Assembly (NCBI GenBank): GCA_963747655.1
Contig: CAVVFS010000002.1
Location: forward strand, 201,789 to 265,788
Source of the DNA: an uncultured Gammaproteobacteria bacterium
GTDB taxonomy: Bacteria; Pseudomonadota; Gammaproteobacteria; Enterobacterales; Enterobacteriaceae
DNA: 64,000 nucleotides
Direction: 5' to 3'
Of this stretch, positions 56,969 to 64,000 are shown in pieces; positions within the stretch are counted from its first letter, which is position 1, and each line of letters starts with the position of its first letter. The notes under the pieces were generated by a model. It was given only the letters and a program-made list of their open reading frames with translations, was not told the origin of the DNA and did not search any database. The position numbers and the translations under genes were made by a program.

Positions 56969-57434
56969 ATACATTCTAATGGCAGCCATTGTCCCATTGC
57001 TTACTCAACAAGCTTTAGCTGCTCCTGATCAGAACCTTTTAACGGGCACAGAGTCCACTTATTGCCAACAGAAGGGAATGAGCGAGTCAAAAAATTTTGA
57101 TTCTTATATTAGCTGTATGCAATCAGAGGAGGATAAATCTAAAAAGTTATTGAATGCTACCTTCAATAAAGCACTTTCAAACGTTCAATCCGAAAATTGG
57201 CTTCTACCAAATGTTAATTATGAAAGCGAGAAATCAAAAATAACTAGCAAAAACAAATTTGATTTGCAAGATGATCAAAATCATTGGCTAAAGCACAAAT
57301 CTGAATTTTGTAATGTTTTAACATCTAAAATAAGTGATTCAGCTAAGATGTACTCAGTTCTACTCATGCAATGTCATATAAATATGGATAAACAACGAGC
57401 TAAGGAACTGAATTATCTTTTGAATAATAACTAA
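56958..57434 (+). CDS. LprI/DUF1311-family lysozyme inhibitor, putative immunity protein
   Basis: Signal peptide, four Cys, LNATFNKAL...DQNHWLKHKSEFC...C...QRAKEL; start overlaps the muramidase end by 11 nt. Confidence 0.78.
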   Translation: MNYKYILMAAIVPLLTQQALAAPDQNLLTGTESTYCQQKGMSESKNFDSYISCMQSEEDKSKKLLNATFNKALSNVQSENWLLPNVNYESEKSKITSKNKFDLQDDQNHWLKHKSEFCNVLTSKISDSAKMYSVLLMQCHINMDKQRAKELNYLLNNN

Positions 57435-57447
57435 TGTTTTAAAATTT

Positions 57448-57484
57448 AGGACTGCAAAGCTGAAAAAATACGGTTTGCAGTCCT
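57448..57484 (+). terminator. Hairpin after the immunity gene
   Basis: AGGACTGCAAA...TTTGCAGTCCT. Confidence 0.65.
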
Positions 57485-57502
57485 CAATACTTTTAAATAA
57501 GA

Positions 57503-57820
57503 GTTGAGCAAGGTCAGGTCGATAACGTGTTCCATCGCCCGGCGCACCCGTGGACTCAGCAGCTGATTAACTCATTGCCAACCTTCTGACTTAAGTCATT
57601 TTTCTTAAAGGGCGGGACTTTACAGAGCATAAACAACTCGGTAGTATCCCGCCCAGACATCAGGGTAATCCCCTTTTGCGTAAGCGTTAACGTTAACCAA
57701 CGCACCATTTGCAGGCTTAATCTGCTTATTGTGCGGTGATTTTATGACTCAGCCCCAACCTTCTTTTGCACGTGCCTCTGTTGTTTCCAGCCCCGGTTTC
57801 TTTTTATTTATCGTTTTGAT
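57503..57820 (+). repeat. 318-bp direct repeat, right copy
   Basis: Contains the last 87 nt of the ATPase gene, the intergenic region and the first 77 nt of the MFS gene. Confidence 0.95.
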
Positions 57821-58946
57821 TACCGCTGCAAACCTTCGTACACCGTTCACTGCGCCCGGCCCGATTCTGGAAAATATTCGCGCGGCCTTTGGCCTGAGTG
57901 CCTCAGCGGCAGGATTACTGAATTTTATTCCCTTGATGATGTTCGCGGTTGTGGCGCCCGTCGCCTCATGGCTAAGTCATAGAATCGGTCTGGAGAAAAG
58001 TCTCTTTGGAGCAGTTTGCCTGATTACATTAGGGTCGATTCTGCGTATCGCGCTGGGTGAATCGGGTTTATGGCTGGGAACTACGATGCTGAGTGGCGGG
58101 ATTGCCGCGGCCAACGTGCTGTTACCGCCCTTAATTAAGCGTGATTTTAAACAACATACGGCGAAATATATTGGCCTTTATGCCTCAACCATGGCGATTA
58201 CTGCCAGTCTGGCATCGGGAATTGCCGTACCGCTGGCACAGGCAACCTCTCTCGGCTGGCATCTTTCAGTGGGAATCTGGATTATTCCTGCGATTGTCGC
58301 GACCCTGGTCTGGTTACCGCTGCTGAAAAAGTCTTCCTCTGTTCAGACGGCGCAGCCAGCCACCAGCAAAATATTGAAATCTCCGTGGCGTTCGGCGCTA
58401 GGTTGGCAAGTTTCGCTATTTATGGCGGCACAATCGATGGTGTTCTACACCTTGATTGACTGGTTTACCCCTTACGCACAGGCAAACGGTTTTAGCCAGA
58501 TTTCTGCGGGATGGTTGCTGTTTATTTACCAGGCAATTTCTATTATTGCCAATCTGGCCTGCATGAGAGCGTTGAAGAGAATGAAAGATCAGCGGCTGAT
58601 TGGATTTAGCGCTTCGCTGGCCATTTTTATCGGCCTCGGCGGGCTTTATCTCGCCCCACATTATGCTTTGCTGTGGCTGATTATTGCGGGTTTGGGCGCG
58701 GGGGCTTCAATGGTAACCTGCCTGTCATTGTTCAATCTGCGCGCTGCGGATCACTATCAGGCTGCCCAGCTTTCAGGCATGGGGCAATGTGTCGGTTATG
58801 GTATTGCGGCACTCGGCCCGCTGATTTTTGGCATGCTGCACCAGTTCAGCGGCAACTGGGCACTGCCGCTGTTCGCGTTGCTTGCCATTAGCCTGTCACA
58901 GATGGTGTTATCCGTGCTGGCTGGGCGCGCAAAACAAATTGGCTAA
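57744..58946 (+). CDS. CynX/NimT-family MFS transporter
   Basis: AANLRTPFTAPGP, ANVLLPPLIKRDF, LSGMGQCVGY. Confidence 0.88.
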   Translation: MTQPQPSFARASVVSSPGFFLFIVLITAANLRTPFTAPGPILENIRAAFGLSASAAGLLNFIPLMMFAVVAPVASWLSHRIGLEKSLFGAVCLITLGSILRIALGESGLWLGTTMLSGGIAAANVLLPPLIKRDFKQHTAKYIGLYASTMAITASLASGIAVPLAQATSLGWHLSVGIWIIPAIVATLVWLPLLKKSSSVQTAQPATSKILKSPWRSALGWQVSLFMAAQSMVFYTLIDWFTPYAQANGFSQISAGWLLFIYQAISIIANLACMRALKRMKDQRLIGFSASLAIFIGLGGLYLAPHYALLWLIIAGLGAGASMVTCLSLFNLRAADHYQAAQLSGMGQCVGYGIAALGPLIFGMLHQFSGNWALPLFALLAISLSQMVLSVLAGRAKQIG

Positions 58947-59115
58947 ACGCGCTTACGATTTTTGACCCGGTTCTGGCATTTTAGACGGGTCATCTTTCGC
59001 ATAATCCGGCTGTGGATTATCCTTCACACGTTTGAAATCTTCATTAGCCTTGTCTAGATCGCTATTCTTACACATATTTATTTACTCCTCCTTAAGTCGT
59101 GTCTCGTCTCATGAC

Positions 59116-59310
59116 GTTATTTAAAAGCCTATTTAACATATCTATTTAACATGTCTATTTAAGATTTACATATAAAAATCTGGCCTTTCTAGAAACATGT
59201 CTTTCTAAATAAGTCTATTTAAAGAGCTTGTTTAAAAAACTCACACAAGTAGATGATTTAACCATCACACTAAAATATCGACTTAAAATAAGCATCGACT
59301 TAAAAATAAC
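59116..59310. repeat. Degenerate array of about 13-bp units (core TATTTAA)
   Basis: TATTTAA at 59118, 59130, 59143, 59156 and 59216, with variants at 59186, 59202, 59229, 59255, 59280 and 59297. Confidence 0.6.
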
Positions 59311-59380
59311 GAGGCCCACAGACAGTGCCGTGGGCCGGATAGCAATAATTCATAAATCACTTATCCAAATAGATTTTGGA

Positions 59381-59551
59381 TTAGTGACTACCATGACTAT
59401 TTTTGCCACCTTTTTTACCTGCTTCACTGGCACGCTCACGGTCATCGGCGAAATTCCCTTTGCCGTGTTTGTTACCGCCTTTTTTGCCCGGATCTGTAGA
59501 TTTATCATGATTGTCTGCAGCATTACCGGTACCACCACGATGCTCGGCCAT
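59381..59551 (-). CDS. KGG-repeat general stress protein (YciG/YmdF/Con-10 family), 56 aa, missing from the ORF track
   Basis: Hand translation: MAEHRGGTGNAADNHDKSTDPGKKGGNKHGKGNFADDRERASEAGKKGGKNSHGSH*. Confidence 0.9.
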   Translation of the reverse strand: MAEHRGGTGNAADNHDKSTDPGKKGGNKHGKGNFADDRERASEAGKKGGKNSHGSH

Positions 59552-59872
59552 AATATCCTCCTAACGGATAAGTTCTGTCCTTTTAAAGGCTTTCCATTTG
59601 CAAAGTAACATCCTGTTATAAGCCTATATTAAGAGCATGATGCTCGAAATTAATAATAGTGCAGCCTTTAATTATGTCAAAAAAAGCATCATTATTTTAA
59701 CCAAATACTTATAACCTGCTAATTAATAAAAATAAATAATAACCAGAAAATAGCAAGGTTATTTATAATGCATTAAATTCCATAGAGTTAAATAAGTTAA
59801 TTTTTATATGTATTTTTTAATAAAGCTAATCAAGTTTTAAGCTTTGTCATTGGCTCGTATAAATAACCAGCT

Positions 59873-60499
59873 TTATTTTAAATGCCTGAGCATCGCCTCC
59901 CCTACTGTTTCGTTCCCCGCCTTGAGCAGGTTTTCCCCTGCGCCCTGTAAATCTTCAGCCGGTTTATTTTGTCCGAGTTTAAACGCACCAATAATGTCTT
60001 TAATGATAATCTCGATGCCCACCACGCCTTTAAGCATGCCGTTAATAAAATCATCAGGTGAATCAGTCATCTTCCATGGATTCGCCTGTGAAGCCTCGTG
60101 CTGATGAGTAAGACCAGCCAATATTTCACGCAGAAACTGCGCATCGTGGTGGAAGACAATTTGCCCACGAACATGCACCACGCGGTAATTCCAGGTAGGC
60201 ACTTCGCGATGAGTCCGCTGCTTGTTCGGATACCAGTTCGGCGAAATATAGGCATCGCCGCCGTTAAACACCACCAGCACCTCTGCCCCTTGCTCAACCT
60301 GCTTCCATAAAGGATTTGCCCGAGAAATATGGCCTCGCAATTTAATCCCTCCTCCCAGTAAACGTTCTACCTGAAGTGGAATATGCACGGCGTCGAGCTC
60401 GCCCTGTCCCTGAGTTATCAAGGTTCCAAGCGGATATTGTTCAATAAGTTCATACAGCACTTCTTCACGCGTCTCTTTAAAGGCGGCAGCAATATACAT
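59873..60499 (-). CDS. PaiB-family FMN-binding protein
   Basis: GHISRANPLW, DAYISPNWY, VPTWNY, KLGQNK. Confidence 0.9.
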   Translation of the reverse strand: MYIAAAFKETREEVLYELIEQYPLGTLITQGQGELDAVHIPLQVERLLGGGIKLRGHISRANPLWKQVEQGAEVLVVFNGGDAYISPNWYPNKQRTHREVPTWNYRVVHVRGQIVFHHDAQFLREILAGLTHQHEASQANPWKMTDSPDDFINGMLKGVVGIEIIIKDIIGAFKLGQNKPAEDLQGAGENLLKAGNETVGEAMLRHLK

Positions 60500-60681
60500 C
60501 GTTAATCTCCGGCTAAATCTGTTTCATCAATTTCCAAATAACTGTCGCTGTGTAATGGCAGTCATTATGCAACAGGCAGTTCTGTAAATTATCGAGATAG
60601 TGGTTTAATGTTAAGTGCCACTTTCGCAAATTCTTGATATACCACATTGAGTCATTTGCCCGTTAATCAGAAGCTTAAAAC

Positions 60682-62169
60682 ATGCCAAGAAAAGCAAAAA
60701 TCGTTGAAATCCCGGCTATTGGTGAACTGAACAGGCAGGCTGGTCAATTAAGCCTGCAACTCGCTAAAGCCTTGAAAAAAGCCATACATCGCGGTGAGCT
60801 AAAAGCGGGTGATTTATTGCCTTCGACTCGAACACTGGCGGCAGCGTTAACCCTTGCCAGAGGCACGGTGATTGAAGCCTTTGAACAGCTAATTGCCGAA
60901 GGTTTTTTTGAAGCCACGCGCGGCTCCGGAACCCGTGTAACCGCGCAGCTTGGCGAAGTTGATACAGAACGCCCTGATGCAACAGGCAGTGAAGCGGATG
61001 CGCCCGCGCTTTCCGCCCAGGCAGAACGCTATGCCCATGCGGGCAGCAGAATCAGCGTATTACAACCGGTTCCCTTTGCCGTATCAGTGCCTGCCGGGCC
61101 AACGCTTCCCGATGATATCTGGCGGCGTATTGGTAATCGAGTGAGAGCAAAAGGACCGGGCGCACCTTCCGGATACAACACTCCTGCGGGCGCTTTGCCT
61201 TTGCGCGAGGCGATAGCGGAATATGTCAGGAAATCACGCTCGGTACATTGCAACGCGCAGCAAGTCATTATTACCGCAGGCACGCAACAAGGCCTTTATC
61301 TCTCTACTCAGATATTGCTGGATTATGATGACAAAGCGTGGGTAGAAGATCCGGCCTATCACGGCATTACTTCAATTTTTGAATGTACCGGACGGCAAAA
61401 GCAGATGATCCGCGTGCCGCTTGATGATGAAGGGCTAGACGTACAGCGTGGAATAGCGCTTTGTGCCACAGCCAAAGCCGCGTTTGTCACTCCTTCGCAT
61501 CAGTATCCCGTGGGAATGCCCATGAGCATGAGGCGCAGACTGGCCTTGATTGAATGGTCTAAAACCAATAAGTCATGGATTGTGGAGGACGATTATGACA
61601 GCGAGCTGCGCTTTGAGGGTCACCCTTTTCCGTCAATGCAGGGATTAGCCCCTGAACGCGTCGTTTATCTTGGCACGTTCAGCAAGATCCTCTTTCCCTC
61701 TTTAAGGCTCGGTTACGTCGTGGTGCCAGAAAAGTTGGTCGATGCTTACTGTGGAGCACGGATGCTGATTGACCGCCATGCGCCGGTTGCGGATCAGTAT
61801 GTACTTGCAAGTTTTATGGAAGAAGGCCATCTCGACAGACATATTCGCCGTATGCGTAGCGTTTACGCCGAAAAGCGGGCGGTGATGATTACTGCGATTA
61901 AGCAAACTATTGAGCCGGAGCTGGCCTGGCTGCAACCGGGGGATCAGGGCATGCACATGGTGCTGTGGTTAAACGCTCGATTTTGTGACCAACAGGTAGT
62001 AAGCCGGGCCATCGAGGCGGGTATTTCTGTGCGCGCCGTTTCTCCGATGTTCAGCCCCAGCCTTGCCCGCCCCGGCTTAATCCTCGGATTAGGCGGCTTT
62101 AGCGATCGGCAAATCATCACCGCGGTAATAAAATTGGGAGAAGTCCTGCGTAAACTCGCCAGCGTTTAA
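60682..62169 (+). CDS. MocR/GabR-family regulator (GntR HTH plus PLP domain)
   Basis: LPSTRTLAAALTLARGTV, VEDPAY, TPSHQYP, EDDYDSE, GTFSKILFPSLRLGY. Confidence 0.92.
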   Translation: MPRKAKIVEIPAIGELNRQAGQLSLQLAKALKKAIHRGELKAGDLLPSTRTLAAALTLARGTVIEAFEQLIAEGFFEATRGSGTRVTAQLGEVDTERPDATGSEADAPALSAQAERYAHAGSRISVLQPVPFAVSVPAGPTLPDDIWRRIGNRVRAKGPGAPSGYNTPAGALPLREAIAEYVRKSRSVHCNAQQVIITAGTQQGLYLSTQILLDYDDKAWVEDPAYHGITSIFECTGRQKQMIRVPLDDEGLDVQRGIALCATAKAAFVTPSHQYPVGMPMSMRRRLALIEWSKTNKSWIVEDDYDSELRFEGHPFPSMQGLAPERVVYLGTFSKILFPSLRLGYVVVPEKLVDAYCGARMLIDRHAPVADQYVLASFMEEGHLDRHIRRMRSVYAEKRAVMITAIKQTIEPELAWLQPGDQGMHMVLWLNARFCDQQVVSRAIEAGISVRAVSPMFSPSLARPGLILGLGGFSDRQIITAVIKLGEVLRKLASV

Positions 62170-62449
62170 CGCAGTTGCACAAAGAGCATCTAATTTCGCG
62201 AGGATTATCTAAAAATTGGGCTATGCAAAAGCCACTTTCAAACAAAAATTCATTTTCAGACAAAATGCAGCAACCAAATGACTGGAAATCCACGGTTAAA
62301 CCACATTCCCTACTAGACTTAACCTGTCTGGCTATTTTTTGAACTAGCCATTTAATGAAGTTCAAGTCATTGAGACTTCATCCACCCTTTATGTGCGTAC
62401 TCATTCGTTTTTGCCCTTTCTTCTTGCGTACGCGCGAGGACTACTATTC

Positions 62450-64000
62450 GTGAAAATGGCTTTCGTTAAATGGATTAATAACAGATGGGATCCCCAGGCC
62501 TCACAGGGAACAATAACTGAGGCCAATCAGGACTCGCCGCTGATGGTCCCTATTGCCGCCGAAATTTTTTCCGTTGACCAGATGGAACGCTACGGAGAAA
62601 AACTCGCTCAGTCACACAAGCTTTCGACGCACAAGGCGCCCTATTATCTGTTACATCGGCTCACCGATAGCGAGAAACTGCTGTCGGAAAACTGCAATAT
62701 TCTCAGCTCGGGTGGCGATAAAAGCATTGCGCCGGCGGGAGAATGGCTGCTCGACAACTTCTACCTGATTGAAGAACACATCAGGCTGGTGCGCCAGCTG
62801 CTGCCTAAAAACTTCGGCAAGGGCCTGCCGACGCTGGTCGAGCCGCAAAGCTGTCCGCGCATTTATGATATTGCCGCCGAGGCTATCGCCCACAGCGATG
62901 GTCACTGGGATGCCAGCACGCTCGTGCGTTTTATCACAGCTTATCAGCGCGTTACCCCTCTTAAACTCGGCGAGCTTTGGGCCTTTCCGGGCATGCTCCG
63001 TCTGGCGTTGATTGAGAATCTACGGCGTATCAGCATTGAGGTTACCCAAGCACAGCAGGAACGTAATCTGGCAGAAAGCTGGGCTAACAAGATTCAAGAC
63101 AGCGCTGAAAACGATCCGGCCAACCTGATTATTGTGATTGCCGATATGGCGCGCACCAATCCGCCGCGAACCAGCGCATTTGTCGCCGAGCTGGTGCGAA
63201 GATTGCAGGGCCATGGCTCAATGCTGGCGCTGCCACTGACCTGGATAGAGCAACGTCTGGCGGATGTGGGGCTGAGTTCGGCAGAGCTTATTAGCCGTTT
63301 TAATCAGCAACTGGCGCTGAGTCAGCTGTCGGTCAGCAACAGCATTGCCGGTCTGCGCAAACTTAACGAAATGAATTGGGCAGATTTTGCCGAAAGCGTT
63401 AGCGAAGTCGAGAAAACCTTGCATCAGGATCCTGCCGGAATTTACCCGGCAATGTCCTTCGCCACACGAGATAATTATCGCCACGTGATTGAAAAACTGG
63501 CGCGCAACTGCACTTTTGACGAGGGTGATATCGCCAATAAAGTCATCGCCATGAGTAACGCTGCGCCAGTGGGAAGTCAGCAGCGCCACGTCGGTTATTT
63601 TTTGGTTGATACCGGTAGCAGCGAGCTGGAAAAAGTACTGAGCATCCGTTATTCGCTGATCAATTACTTCCGTCATCAAATGAATAAAACGCCACTTCTT
63701 TCATGGCTGGGAAGTTTGAGCCTGCTGACTACCGCTCTCACCGCTAATCTGCTGTTCGAGACCCGTCAAAACGGCATGGGATGGGCGCTGTGGCTTTTGC
63801 TGTTGCCCATTATCATCATGTGCAGCCAGTTTGTAATGGATTTACTGAATGAAACAGCCAGCCGCAGCCGCGCGCCACGCTCCTTACCAAGAATGGATTT
63901 TTCGCAGCATATCCCTGAAGAGTCGAGCACATTAGTGGCTATTCCCTGCCTGTTAACCAGCCGCAGCGGGATCGATAAACTCACCAATAGCCTTGAGGTT
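62450..64000 (+). CDS. ndvB: Cyclic beta-1,2-glucan synthase (NdvB/ChvB/Cgs), 5' part, runs off the window
   Basis: Open frame from GTG 62450 (GAGGA upstream): AGEWLLDNFYLIEEHI, PRIYDIA, LGELWAFPGMLRLALIENLRR, QDPAGIYPAMSFATRDNYRHVIE. Not in the ORF track because no stop codon falls inside the window. Confidence 0.88.
   Translation, partial: MKMAFVKWINNRWDPQASQGTITEANQDSPLMVPIAAEIFSVDQMERYGEKLAQSHKLSTHKAPYYLLHRLTDSEKLLSENCNILSSGGDKSIAPAGEWLLDNFYLIEEHIRLVRQLLPKNFGKGLPTLVEPQSCPRIYDIAAEAIAHSDGHWDASTLVRFITAYQRVTPLKLGELWAFPGMLRLALIENLRRISIEVTQAQQERNLAESWANKIQDSAENDPANLIIVIADMARTNPPRTSAFVAELVRRLQGHGSMLALPLTWIEQRLADVGLSSAELISRFNQQLALSQLSVSNSIAGLRKLNEMNWADFAESVSEVEKTLHQDPAGIYPAMSFATRDNYRHVIEKLARNCTFDEGDIANKVIAMSNAAPVGSQQRHVGYFLVDTGSSELEKVLSIRYSLINYFRHQMNKTPLLSWLGSLSLLTTALTANLLFETRQNGMGWALWLLLLPIIIMCSQFVMDLLNETASRSRAPRSLPRMDFSQHIPEESSTLVAIPCLLTSRSGIDKLTNSLEV

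Larger units (their letters stand above)
55867..57502. mobile_element. AT-rich toxin/immunity cassette between direct repeats, no mobility gene
   Basis: 1636 bp of unique sequence bounded exactly by the repeats; contains only two ORFs and a terminator. Confidence 0.75.

Noticed and set aside
59131-59151. XerD-arm-like sequences as a pdif or att site
   Set aside because: No XerC arm at 6-bp spacing; the units belong to the local 13-bp array.
59228-59608. ORF-track calls 59228-59608 (+) and 59350-59538 (-)
   Set aside because: Both are shadows of the real 56-aa KGG gene at 59381-59551 in another frame.
747-62365. Many 60-170 aa antisense or alternate-frame ORFs overlapping called genes (e.g. 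895-1293, 30546-31283, 43011-43346)
   Set aside because: No family motifs, and they overlap well-supported genes; treated as spurious.
62553-63987. Several short ORFs at the window end
   Set aside because: All overlap the uninterrupted glucan synthase frame starting at 62450.
1-64000. CRISPR array, rRNA, tRNA, IS transposase or phage integrase
   Set aside because: I saw no regularly spaced repeat-spacer pattern, structural RNA signature or recombinase motif by eye or in the ORF track.

Overview
A 64-kb stretch from the replication-terminus region of an enterobacterial chromosome; a Yersiniaceae-like host is an impression from gene content only. It carries an exact E. coli-type dif site (26697-26724), a Tus-binding Ter site in fork-trap orientation (33344-33366) and three perfect matS sites. 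Most genes are accessory metabolism, transport and regulation: tag, yqfB, kup, a sigma54-controlled aldB-adhP unit, dat-ddc, a gtrA-gtrB-GtrII cassette, a YdeP-like molybdoenzyme, a roughly 13-kb probable organosulfur-scavenging cluster, and the 5' part of a cyclic beta-1,2-glucan synthase. The most striking structure is a 1636-bp AT-rich cassette encoding a pesticin-type muramidase and an LprI-type inhibitor. It sits between two 318-bp direct repeats of ordinary host sequence (2 mismatches) and has no recombinase gene. Many conserved genes are broken by small indels, probably sequencing or assembly errors, so those calls and their boundaries are approximate. I saw no rRNA, tRNA, CRISPR array, transposase or integrase. 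All family assignments come from motif recognition by eye; no database search was run.
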